Shown: positions 1 to 11,721 of the stretch, in pieces
How the letters are laid out: every line of letters begins with the position of its first letter
Numbering within the stretch: the stretch's first letter is position 1
DNA from: Phoronis australis
Taxonomy: Eukaryota > Animalia > Phoronida
Assembly: GCA_002633005.1 (NCBI GenBank)
Contig: NMRA01000036.1
Span: 919,656-983,655, forward strand
DNA length: 64,000 bases
Reading direction: 5' to 3'
The notes under the pieces: model-generated
Told to the model about the DNA's origin: nothing
The model's input: only the letters and a program-made list of their open reading frames with translations
The model's database searches: none
Translations under genes and position numbers: made by a program

Positions 1-939
1 GTCACATCTAGCTCCAACGCGTCAGAAATGTCACCCCTGCATTTTATAAACTCCGAATGGGTCTCTGCAAGATTGTAGTTTTCTCGCCTTTCTATGTTTT
101 CGCGCCGGTTGCTTTAGATTGATGTCGTCTAATTGTGGCGGATGTTCTGATCGAAGGATTCAATGTATCATATGTAATCATGTTCTCTTCGTTTTTGCAA
201 TGTTGTAGAGATTTACCAATACATCACCATGTGTCCATCTGAGTGTTTGAGAGGAGTTGGAGAAAGTAAAAAGTTGGAATACACGTAAGCAAAAGCAAGT
301 GTAAGATTTAATCGCGTTTACTACCACGAAATTCTGCTGCCAAAAATTCATACACAAATGTTGGCTACCCTTGTCTCTTTTTCCCAACTCTTCACACACT
401 ACAACAAATCTTCATGAGAACGTGCGAGATAGCTGATCCCAAATAAATCAACTGGCAACGCAATTGTACCGCTGAAACAGCGAGTCGCTAGCGGGAATTT
501 GCAGTAAATTATTGTGGCTATGTTTACAAAATTAATACATACCTTTGAAAGTGCATCACATGAATTCATGTAGGTAACACATTGTTTCACGCAACTAGAA
601 TGACGCTGTTGCAACTTGGAGAATCACGAAGTCTTCTTTACATCAAATCGCATGTTGCTCAGGAAATTGGCGAGTTCGCTTAATTGGGATCAAAGAGTAA
701 TATTGCAATGTAAGCTTCAGCCTAATAATTGATTTATTTCTATCTTAAACGTTGGCATGACAGTTACCAACAACTCTGGGAACAAGGGACATATCATGCG
801 AGCTCGTTAGTACATCATTAATGAAATAATTGCATGGAAGTCTAATTACCGCTGCATGAATTACATCCGTTGATTGTAGGTCTTGGCAGAGGCGGTCTTT
901 GGGTTTCTTCTTAGAAATACGACGTTAATGAATCTTTAA

Positions 940-1264
940 AGCTGCATTTTGCCCACTTTAGTTTGCTAAAACATAACTTTAATAAGGCCTTTTACTCACA
1001 TAAAATTGGTATTACAATTTTTTACTGTGGCAAGATTCTTATTCCGTTAACAACGCATTCGCCAGGTAATGACTAAATGCCCCATTTTCGAATGACCAAT
1101 TTTTGGTTGGCAAACTGCAATAAAAAATGAGACAGTTTTAGTCACTAATGGTTTCGATGTTCTTGTGGAAAGCGATAATGAATCATATCTCGATAACAAA
1201 TATTGCTGAGACCGATGAGAAAATAAAAGACCCAATTCGACTTTTGCCAAGGTGAAATGCAGCT
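940..1264. mobile_element. Non-autonomous Kolobok-like MITE
   Basis: TTAA|AGCTGCATTTTGCC ... GGTGAAATGCAGCT|TTGA: TIRs, AG..CT termini and a degenerate TTAA TSD. Confidence 0.6.
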
Positions 1265-1681
1265 TTGAGTATTTGAATTTTGTTATCGAAAATTAGTTCG
1301 TACCGAAGCGTATGCCTCGCAGAGAAAAATTAAACATTAAACAAGTCATATGTACGAGAAACTATCGTAAGTCTTCCTACGAGCTGTTACGCCGTACGTA
1401 AGTCGTATGTACAAGATAGTAGAGTGCGTCGGCTAGACGTTAAACGCAAAAGCAAACGTGTGTCACTGGAGGTCACCGGTTCGCGCTCTCGTATGCGCTA
1501 TGTTTCATTTTTGTTTCGGCGGTAGCGCTGTAGCCAATAGTATGACGCGATAAAATATATGTAGGTTTTTCATAGTTCCTGGCGGTGTTGAGCAGGTAAA
1601 CTACGAACGTTTTTGTTTTACCGATAAATGGGCCACATCATCAACTCACGAACGACCAACGATCGGTTCAACTTCGCAGTC

Positions 1682-1940
1682 GGTGCTCCCAGTTTGACAT
1701 TGTCATAGCAAATGGTGCTCCCATTTTGACATTGTCATAGAAAATGGTGCTCCCATTTTGACATTTTCATGGCATAAGGTGCTCCCATTTGACATTCTCA
1801 TGGCATAAGGTGCTCCCATTTGACATTTTCATGGCATAAGGTGCTCCCATTTGACATTCTCATAGCTTAAAGTGCTCCCAATATGACGTAGTCATAGCAT
1901 AAAGTCCTCCCATTGTGACATTCTCATGGTATAAGGGCAC
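1682..1940. repeat. Minisatellite, about 8 copies of 31-32 bp (GGTGCTCCCATTTGACATTYTCATGGCATAA)
   Basis: Units start at 1682, 1714, 1746, 1778, 1809, 1840, 1871 and 1903, with no unique spacers. Confidence 0.9.
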
Positions 1941-3814
1941 TACATTTAACTATTGTGTACCACCATCAGTCTGTAATTTCAACAGTTTTATGTTGTATAA
2001 AAAAATTCACGAACATAGTTTGTTATATAGTTGTAACATTAGCTATAACAGATTTCACAAAACTCGAGTTGTCAAAAAATATTCGTTGACAATGAAATTT
2101 CATACAAGCTTTTGAAAGTGGATCCATCACATCACAGTCAGGTCAAACTAATTCTCAAGCCCTCTCAATTCTTCGCCACAATTAAACGCGTTTAAAAATG
2201 TAGCCTATTACTTTAGACGACACACCCATTGATACATTGGTGTCAGTGTGAGGATAGAATGTATTGAATGATGTGTGCATTTCCTTTATCAGCTGTCTAT
2301 GTGCTTGTTATTTTTTTGACCAGCTGAACTTTTCCAGTTTTGTGTTGTGTCAAACTGTTGTAAGCTAAGAAGACAGGTTTGCAGGAAGTCACCCCAACTA
2401 GATGAAGTTCGCCTCGCAAAATCGTACTGCAGTCTTTCAATATTGGTACCGCAAACACAATGCTCACGCACGCACCCACTCCCTACCTTCGAAGTGCTTC
2501 ATGCTAAGCGCTCACTGCTACTGACCGTTTCCCCTCAACTTTGAGAATTTCCAATTAAATGCCCACAGTTCACGCTAGCGCACATCATAGCGCCCTACAA
2601 ACGATCGTACGTGTTTTGAAATCGACACGCACCCTACTACAGTGAGTAACTCTCATGTTAGGCAACTAATTCAGTTTTCAAAAAAGTCTTTTAATTCTCA
2701 ATAATACGTAAAAAGTAAACCCCGGCTTTGTTTTATACCTCCGAAAGAAAGTTAACACTTAGGGACATGTGTGTCGTTTTGAGACTGACCTATTTCTCCC
2801 GTACATGGAAGGTATTGAGAAAACTCGCATAGTACCCGATGGAAACCCGCACGGAGTTGGGAATTATTTCATGGCTTTTCATTTCATGGAAAAATAATTA
2901 CTGAGTACGTAGCTTAAACTGCGTAAGTCCCATATTTTTATTGCGAAATTTCCACAGAATTGTTTCCGCGCATCCGAATACGTCATTTAGCTAAAGCAAC
3001 GTTTCCCGGATTTTTTCGACAGGATGTTTTTCAAACGTTAATTGAGTTTGGGCTGCGAACAAAAACTGGAGGGAGCTTGCAATGTTAGTTGTAGCAGGTC
3101 AGACCTAGCAAAATCGGGGAATACTTTTTCATCGAGCACTTCTTCCCTTTCCACATTGCAAGCTAAGTGTTAGAGAGCACTGATTCAACTTTCACGTCGG
3201 CATCTAGCCTTGCGCTCTTTTCTAGATGATCTAAAAATCAATTTTGGCACGTAAATGGTGCGCGACCTGGCATTTAGGAATGCGAGTTGGATTTTGAAAA
3301 TGCGACGTGGGATTTTGGCTAGGTCGCAAAATGCGAAATGGCGATCCCTGACAGCACCCCATGAATTTCCTCAAAAAAGAGCATAACCCAGTAAAATATG
3401 TAATCGCAAAGTTGAAACCGGGTCAGACATGATTGCATGTCATAATATTAACACTTTAACTTCAAATTATGGAATGACAATTAATCGGCCGAACCAAGCT
3501 TTTAAGGTGGTGTTTAGGCTACGTACGTGGTCATAAACAGTTGCTTGATTTCAACAAGCAAACGTATCACAATTACATAAGTTTATATTAAGGGGGTCTA
3601 CGTAAGAACAGGGACTATGAAGTAAATTCTTCACTGCAGACCAGCAAAATGAACTTTGTGGATATTTTGCACGGTGCTCATTACGGGGCTCATGATATTC
3701 GATGACTTCGTGACGTCAACTATTTATTGAGTTGCGACAGGCCCTCTGTCCTGTCTGTTCGACTACTGGTACTACGGTCTGTTTGACAGTAGGTCTACCA
3801 ACAAATTGTTAATT

Positions 3815-4157
3815 CATAGGCGGATTTAGGGGTGGGGGGCCCAGGAGACCCGCCCCCCCCCTTGGCTGGTGCAAGCAAAGTTAAACAGCAACAGCGTGAA
3901 GCGTGAGGAAATATGGAGTTGACTAACTAGGAACGTCGGCGGACGAGTAGGGGGGGGGGAGGCTCAGGAGGCCCCGTAACTCGGCGGAATCGCGTTGCCG
4001 GTTTTTTATTTAGTCTTCCGATAGATTTTGAGAACAGCAGCAGCTCACATCGCCGGCCCCCGCAACTTTCGGAGCGCCTGTGTATGCAATCGCGCTTTGC
4101 CCAATTCTCCGAGGCAACATGTTGCCCCCCCTTATGAAATCCTGAGATCCGCCACTA
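3815..4157. mobile_element. GC-rich MITE with 5-bp TSD (TAATT), hAT5-like
   Basis: TAATT|CATAGGCGGATTT ... GATCCGCCACTA|TAATT. Confidence 0.7.
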
Positions 4158-4384
4158 TAATTCAAGTGGCGAACCTAGGATATCACAAGGAGGGCCAACA
4201 TTTTGTCTGCAAACATTTGCGCAAAGCACGATTGTAGATGCGCATAGCACCAAATGGGTGGAGGTCGGGCAAACCCCCCTCCCGCCAGGAAAATTTGCTT
4301 TTTTCCTCTAAAAATCAAGCATTTTCCTTGATTCCTGAAGTATTATCCAAGAACACAAAAAACACGGAGAACGTGTCAAACTTG

Positions 4385-4466
4385 AAAAACTGCAAATACC
4401 ACAGACTCGAACTAACGACCTGGAGAGTGGAGGATAGAGCACACGTGCTTTACCACTGCACCACCA
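4385..4466 (-). other. tRNA-derived Pol III promoter-like sequence (SINE head or tRNA pseudogene)
   Basis: Minus strand: A box TGGTGCAGTGG, B box GTTCGAGTC, then TTTTT. No intact cloverleaf. Confidence 0.5.
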
Positions 4467-5524
4467 TGCTTTCACTCGTAATTTGATTCTAAGAGACCTA
4501 CTTGTTTATGGTCCACATCGTTTGCGCGCGAAACCTACTTCTTTTTGTAATGTTTATTACACTTTTTATATTTTGTGCAGTCACTTCGTAACAAATTTGT
4601 TGTATTTAAAATAGTGTTCAATTGCCCAAAAGACCAAATCCGTTTTTTATGTTGGCATTAATGACACGATTGCTCTGGAAATCGTCTTAAGTTAAGGTTT
4701 GACAAAGAGAGAATTATGAGTTTCTGAGTGATTCACTAAGGCTTCGATTAAAATTCACATCTTACCAGCAGCTTCTGTTTTTTCATCGTCACTCAGATTC
4801 CATTTTCGTGAAGCAGACGACGGAAACTGAACGGAGTCGTAGTGCGCAGCGCCACTGCCGGTCGTCTGGGATATCGCGGGAGAGCCTATTAGCCATAGTT
4901 CCCCCCCAATTAATTATAAACACACTAGCCGCACACATTTAAATGTTGTTTCAGCCGTGTAACGTTAATTGCCAGGGTTAATTAATGAACTCCACATTTC
5001 CCTACACTCTTGCTGTTATATTTTTTCAATAGCGGCAGCCATGGAGGGGGGGGGGACCGGCCGAGCTCCCTGGGCCCCAACCCCTAAATCCGCCTATAAG
5101 TTATTCGAGCACTAACCTGCCTGAGTGTTTAATTGTTAGAAATGTTCGTTCGACAAGTAACCTGTCTGTTCAGCGCAACTAACTTGTTCGTTCGTTAAAT
5201 AACTTGTCTGTTTGTCAAAATTGAACAAAATAATCTCAGGTCGAAAACTAACTTGTTCCTTCGACAGTGTTGTCTATTTTGAACCTTTTTCGCTGCCCAT
5301 AGAATTCTTCAAGTTTCGTCAAGAAAGGTAAACAAAATACCGGAATAAGACGTGCTAGTGACAACAAAACGGCACTTACGATGGCTGACCAAAGAAATAA
5401 TGTATGATTGTAAATTTTACTAAAATCGCCAAAGAGCAGATGTACTTAACCCTGCGCATGCGCACATGCGATATATTAATTGTGTCATTGGGCAGCCCAT
5501 TAGACTTATTAATATGTCTATGGC

Positions 5525-5850
5525 CGAAACAGAATCAACGAAACTGGATTGAATTCAATAAACTGGATAGAATATTCTCCCAGTTTACGTTTGTCAGATG
5601 GGGGGTGTGACTGTCTGACGGGCAAAATCCTGGCTAATACTCTGTCATGCCCCCCCACTCAAAATCCTGGATCTGCCCCTGAGAATCGATTAAACAGAAT
5701 TGAATTCAGTAAATAGGATAGAGTACGCAAAACAGCATTGAGTTCAGGATATTGAATAGGCGAGTGTGGATTGAATTGATGCAACAGCATTGAATACACA
5801 AGATTGGATTGTTGGCATCGAGTTCATTAAATGGAATTGAATACGCAATT
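5525..5850. repeat. Degenerate low-complexity array (GGATTGAATTCA-like units) interrupted by a GC-rich MITE end
   Basis: Recurrent attgaat/ttgaattca motifs; the MITE terminus GGATCTGCCCCTG is at about 5669-5681. Confidence 0.45.
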
Positions 5851-6099
5851 TGATGGTTTTTGCATCAATGGCCGCCCATACTAGAGCACCTCGTAATCGT
5901 AATTCCAGAACCAAAGAGCACGGAAAGTTATCTTGCGAAATTCAGAGCACTGTGATTAATTTATCCATTGTTATAGTCCAGATAAATATAATTAAAACTT
6001 ATTTAGGTATGCATCATCAAATCTATAGTAAACTCCCTGTTTTATAAGAAAGAGACAAATTTGATTAATGTTGTAATGATTATTTCAATCGACAATAAT

Positions 6100-6260
6100 A
6101 TTACCAATTCTCACAATATTTGAGCCAATCACAAGAAGGGCTGAAGAAGGCGCTCGACTCCTATTTGGTAGGCTACACAAAATACAGAATTTGGATTTGA
6201 GAGCCAGTTCAGCGATTGCGACTTGAGTCATCAAATATTGTTTTACATTTTACGGTAAGT
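6100..6260 (+). promoter_or_regulatory. Probable CCDC57 promoter and non-coding first exon (donor after 6254)
   Basis: CCAAT at 6104, NF-Y consensus AGCCAATCA at 6123-6131, TGAGTCA at 6224 and a consensus donor ACG|GTAAGT. The acceptor at 15718-15719 needs an upstream exon. Confidence 0.45.
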
Positions 6261-6375
6261 ATATTTCATCCTAATACAGTTTTACCCGTCATATACCACA
6301 CATGGGGGTAACTGTACAATGTGACCACATTTTCCTACACTGCACACATGATTTTGTTTTCAATCTTAACTGGTA

Positions 6376-6441
6376 GGCAATGACCATCGCCTCTGCCTCT
6401 GGTCGGGCCAACACAACAGAGGCGATGGTCATTGCTTGTCC
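6376..6441. mobile_element. Tiny hairpin MITE with 9-bp TSD
   Basis: Perfect 19-bp inverted repeat at 6377-6395 and 6417-6435, flanked by TAACTGGTA at 6367-6375 and 6442-6450. Confidence 0.7.
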
Positions 6442-6571
6442 TAACTGGTACTGATTGATAGTTATTGAGTAGTTATTTCTGTGGCTGAATTTGAGAATCT
6501 GCTTCTTCAGTCATCCGCTTGACGTTACTTTTACACTATAATTATAGAACGTATACAAGAACGATTATTAA

Positions 6572-8219
6572 AGGAGAATGCCACCCGATTTAATTAGTCT
6601 TTTTTGCCGGTCTATATCCACATTGCCTCGCACACGGTCGATCTTACCTTGCCAAGAGATGTTGCGTTAACCTGTGAGGAAGGTGAGAAACGACGCTATC
6701 GACGTCAGTGGTTCATATGCAGAGTGAATGCCGCTATGTTGCGGTGCATTGTTCCCGATTGTCCGAACTAAGCAGGTGCGAGGAAAGCGGGTATATCGTG
6801 TTTTTTTTACTTCCTCGAGAGTCCGAAATGCTTAGGAAGTGGCTCATGGTAGTGAAGAATGAAATGTACGCTGTAAATAGCAAGTATGAGGCCGTGAAAC
6901 ATCTCCGTGTCTGTGGCCTGCAGACGTCGACAGTGCCTGACAAATGCCGGCTTACCAAATAACTCCGCCTCTCTAGTATTTCTTCATCACTGTATTTCTG
7001 TTCAAATTGATAGCCTGTAAAACTTAACGATCCTCCTGTGAAGTCGGGACTGATGAGCTTTAGCTCGTTCTAAGTCGGGATTGCGAGTTGCCATAGTGGC
7101 GTTTATTACTGAGCGTTCTGTTTCAAAATGAATTATTCTCACCCTAACCAATACTTATATAAAACTGAAACAAAGTCTGTCTCATTAGATGCAGTTTGTA
7201 ATGCTTTTGGAATGTTCGTGAGTGCAAATGATTTGAGAAGTCAGCAATGAATAAATCACTGCGTTACTGGCTTTAGGTGCAATAAAACTAATTGACGGGA
7301 CACCGAGGCCGTGTGAGCTCATGCTAATTTAGTATTTGCTGGCAGAAACTGTTGTGAAACAACTCGATTTCCATACCACGACCGGGTGTTAGGGGAATCT
7401 TTATTTACATTTACATTACTCAAATATGATTGTCAATGTACAACTGCCCTGGCCGCGGCGGTGCTGTGGTCAAAGCGGAACCTGAATTTGCGGCCCCCGA
7501 CGAGTAAGTAGATTTGCAGTTTCGTGGCTAATTCACCAACATAATCGCGTGCACATTACTTTGGCTCACTAGTATAGTATTTTCTTGACTTGAAGTTTAG
7601 TTTCCACTGAACTTTGGCTGGTTCATGTTCGTGATGTCTGATCAGTTTCTGAGCCACTGGCCGGGATAATGAGTCAATCCGGCTGGCCGCGACGGGCCTG
7701 ATCGCAGGGCTCCGAGATGCCACTGGCCAGGATAGCAAGCGTTTTGTGTTTAGAACTCAAAAAATCACAAGTCTAAACAACACATATCTAGGTTCTCCTG
7801 TCTGTATCTCACAGAAAATACTTCGAAATTATCTCTGAACAGACCCCAAACTCCTGCTACGGACCTTATTGGCCTGCCGAACTTTGTAGGCTACAGTGTG
7901 TCCAAATACCAATAAATCTGTAAGAGCGAAATAAAACAACACGTTTTTATAAGAACTCTGTGTATTTTTAAGGGTTTTACATCGAAGTTTGATGATTTAT
8001 TGGTGTTAAACGATGACTTCAAGCGATAAGCTGACACCAGTAACCTGTGTTGTGAACTGCTGAACAGACTGCGTGTGAAACCGATGACGTCATTGGATAA
8101 TTTCAACACCTTCGTCTGCCGTCAGGTGTCAGGTAACACAACCGTACGTGTCGTTATGGAGTAGAACTACTCTATCTAAATTGATACAAATTAGGTTGTT
8201 TTTTGGGTGGCATGCTCCT
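6572..8219 (+). mobile_element. Kolobok DNA transposon deletion derivative with THAP-domain remnant
   Basis: TTAA|AGGAGAATGCCACCC ... GGGTGGCATGCTCCT|TTAA (14/15 TIR match, exact TTAA TSD). The internal ORF 6708-6962 has a THAP pattern: C..FF.LP.E...RKWL...LRVC. Confidence 0.82.
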
Positions 8220-8248
8220 TTAACAGGGATACTTAGCCAGTCACCCAG

Positions 8249-8727
8249 TTGCCAATGCTACTAAAAACTTGGGCAGTGACCACCGTCTCTAGCTGCCTTA
8301 GTAGACTAAAGACTGTGAAGCTCAGACGCCAGAAGCTTTTCGACGAATTATGCCTCACACTGATTAAAAAATCAAAGTCATGTCACAAGTACCTTTTGCG
8401 CATAGAGGGATACCTTAGCCTAAGGTCTCCTAAGGCTTAGGAGACAGTCAATGTCTTAGTTTCCTACTCAAACAAATACTCTCGTTATCAAACTTTTTCT
8501 TCGAGTAGTCCTTTGTTCAGTTTCCAAAATCGGAAACTAACCATTTTAAACACTGCGCGTGGCAGGTGGTATGACGTTATATCCCATTGACAGCCTCCTA
8601 AGGTGTTCCTCTATATGCAAAAGGTATTTATAACAACGTGGCTTTGATGTTTTAGTCGGTGAAAAGCTTCCGGCACATGAAGCTCCCTCAGAAGCTACAG
8701 AGTTTCTACTGGCAGTGGTCATGGCAA
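8249..8727. mobile_element. Foldback/MITE with long degenerate inverted arms
   Basis: About 8331-8417 is the reverse complement of about 8598-8697 (TACCTTTTGC..ATAGAGG.A.ACCTTAG). A partial copy lies at about 16010-16085. Confidence 0.6.
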
Positions 8728-9309
8728 GAAGTTTTTGTGAAAACAATACTTAAGGGCTTACCGAAATACCCGAAATATCATTGATGGTTTATTTTGTCAC
8801 AAACGAAGTGAAGAATTTGAATAGGCATATGATTTCGAACCGTCGTAGACCGCCTTACCGCGAGTAACTTACCCAAAGTTTCCGATGTGAAAATTGAATC
8901 AGTGCTCTCTTTCCGACACATGTATTCGAGTAGCTAAGAAAGCAATTTGAAATAGGAGAAATAAGACACGTTTTGAAAAATACCCGCAACTTTTTTAGGA
9001 CTGATTTTCTTCAAAGTCATCACAGATAGATAACTTTAAATGCAACAAATTACCTCCATTTTTTTACAGTCCAATTTTTGGAACTCATATCGATTCACGG
9101 GAAAAATTCGTTGAAAATTTTAAACAAAAAATCTTGTAACTTATGTTCTTTACGTATTCAGTCTTTAGTTTTCCATGAAATGAAAACCCTCGAAATACTT
9201 CAGCTCCCTGTAGATTTCCATTATCAAGTGATTCGAGTTTGCTTTCTTTGCACTTAATACATCCCACATATGGGAAATGTTAGGTTAGTCATAACACATA
9301 ACTGGTGTT

Positions 9310-9451
9310 CATGGGTGGCACAGCACTGAAAAAAGTGTTGGGGCTATAGCCCCTGCCCCCCTGTAGTACACCGCCCATAGACCATGGGCGCGGGAGCACT
9401 GAAAAAAGTGGGGGCTATAGCCCCCCAACCCCCTATGGTGTGCCGCCCATG
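9310..9451. mobile_element. Dimeric GC-rich mini-MITE with 5-bp TSD (GTGTT)
   Basis: GTGTT|CATGGGTGGC ... GCCGCCCATG|GTGTT; two units of about 70 bp, each with AGCACTGAAAAAAGTG..GGGCTATAGCCCC. Confidence 0.7.
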
Positions 9452-9457
9452 GTGTTA

Positions 9458-11721
9458 GGGTAAAGTTACTGGTTTCGTACCACTTAAGGATGCGCCTCTC
9501 TGTACGCCAAGCTAAACTAGCCACGCAATCAGGAGCTATTTCATAGCGATTAGTGGCTTCACACGTACAACCACACATGTGATTTAGAAGAATGATGATC
9601 ATACCTCAGCTGCAAAACGCGGTTGTAGAAAAGTCAATAAAAGTACCATTCACGTGACCAGTTTTCTAATTCGTACCTTTCAGACATCAGAATCGTACCA
9701 GTGGTACTATACTAATAACTATGAATATTTTACGAATCAAAGATGAAAAAGGAAGCAGTGCAAACAGACAAACCTTTTATTGGCAACATAGAAACATGTG
9801 AGAACAAACAACGTTTCGATATTACTCGAACACGAACCGCTGTCTTCTTAAATCTGTGTTAACAGACCACAACAAACATGACAAACCAGCACAAAGATAA
9901 CAAAATGGATCAATCAGCTATACTTATGTAACAAACTTAAAGTGCCTTGTTTATGTATTTTAATCAGCGTCTCCGTCGGTGCATTCGGTGTGGGCTCATT
10001 GTTTACAACGAACAGATTCGACCCACTCCTCCTAGTCAGTTTTGCTCGTTTTGTCCAAAACGTATCGTCAGCTTCGCCATCTGACTAACTGACATTTTGG
10101 TGGCATTTTCTCTGCCTGGCTTTCGGCTGTTTCTGAACTTTCTTCGTCTTTTTACCAAGTTTCTTTCGTCTCGCACTAGCTCTTCTTTCCATTCGTTTTT
10201 ATACGGGCTGCTGGTTAATATTCGTGACGCATTGTATTTAATGCATTTGGTAGTGGAGAAACGTCAGACACTCATTTATTTTGTCGAGGAGCAATGGCGT
10301 TCTTTAAATTAAAAGCTTTGTATTAGGATTTTCGGTGGATAAGCCCACCCGACGAAACGCCCATGGCCATTTATTTGGAAAGTTATGCCGAATAAACGCC
10401 TATGGTGTTACAACTTTTGGTGTCAAGTGTTTAGATAATGAGGGTGCTTATTCAAAGACTTCATTCTCAAAAGCTCACTCAGCAGCAACTTTTTGTCTCA
10501 AATTTAGTTTTGTGGAACATTTATTATTTACAAAAACGAACAAAAGGTTGTCGAACTATGCACTTATTACATCAAATTTAAAAACACAATTTTAAGTAAA
10601 AATGTCGAAGTCAGCAAAGCTACGACTTTCTGTTTACAAGTCCCCCTTTTCCAAATAAATGCCCAGACGTTTATTTGGTGTTACTAAAACACCTGAAAAT
10701 TTTCATTTTCCGAATACACGCATGTGGGCTTATCTACGGATAATCCCGGTAGTGGGCAGCATCACCGTTTATGGTAAACTGAGGTCTGGATGTCATAAAG
10801 CTGTAGTACCAGGTTTTATTTTTATTGGTAGACTGTTTGGTTTTGCTAAATTTATAGATGTCATGGGATTTTGCCAATTGATATGCAACTTCAATAAGAG
10901 CTTTTGGTGTGATACCAAAGAAAAGATTGTCAAGCCCTTCTATGTATCATCAAAATATCTTTTACTTCTAAAGCTAAAACTCTGGGACCTCCGTGCAACT
11001 TGGTGTCATGTTTTGCATAATTATTCAGACTCATGTGGTTACGGCGATAGTTGGCTTTGGGATACCAAATAGGTCAGAAATAGCGTTAAATCCCAACCCT
11101 ATTCTATGCTATAGATGAAGGGTTGGGATAACGCTGGTTCTATAGACCATAGCTTTGAGACAGTTGTGCATATCTTCCGATGTCTACTACGACGGATGAC
11201 ATTTTCCTGAAAGCAAAAAAAAATAAATGAGTATTGAAAGCAAGAAAAAAACACATTAGCCTATACAGAACCTACGTTTTGTGTATCGTACCTCTTGGTT
11301 ACATGTACCGTACCCTGCGTACTATACCCGTGACCTGTTGTGGTACGACACTCGTGACACTTGACCTAGTTTCAAACACGAGGGCTGAAAATATTTGGCA
11401 TGGGATTTGGCTACCAGAAATTACACCATACAAAGAGATGAGAATGAGCTACAAGATGACACATCGGTTTACTCATTTGCTGTAATTTTTGTCGTCTGAT
11501 CACATTATTTGGGAGTTCTAAAATTTTCATCAACATGTCAAAAAAGTGAAAAATGCTCACCGTTTTTCTCCGGGTCGTCTGCTTGACATTTCGCCTTGTT
11601 TTCTGTTATCGGCGTCTGAGGTCACTAAAAGTAATCACTCTCGGGAGGCAAGCAAACGTAGTTTGGTGGGAAATGACATGGTACGACAATGACAACTGGT
11701 ATAGAACAGGTAACTCTCCCC
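9458..11721 (-). mobile_element. Tc1/mariner-pogo-like DNA transposon derivative with decayed transposase C-terminus and PHD finger
   Basis: TA|GGGTAAAGTTACTGGTTTCGTACCA ... TGGTATAGAACAGGTAACTCTCCCC|TA. Minus-strand remnants RILTSSPYK (about 10200-10225) and EEWVESVRCKQ*AHTECTDG (about 9970-10032). Confidence 0.65.

Noticed and set aside
1-620. Coding exon of a divergent upstream gene
   Set aside because: No ATG-initiated or splice-bounded frame with recognisable homology; it may be UTR.
1682-1940. CRISPR-like array
   Set aside because: Units are contiguous with no unique spacers, there are no cas genes and the context is eukaryotic.
2752-3173. piggyBac-like MITE (TTAA-CACTTAG ... CTAAGTG-TTAG)
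   Set aside because: Only a 7-bp TIR and an imperfect TSD, which could arise by chance.
3816-5097. One 1.3-kb element bounded by ATAGGCGGATTTAGGGG inverted repeats
   Set aside because: The left copy has its own right end and exact TAATT TSD at 4158-4162. The 5028-5098 piece is better read as a separate copy.
7050-7075. Hammerhead ribozyme core (CTGATGA-GCTTTAGC)
   Set aside because: The required GAAA does not follow stem II.
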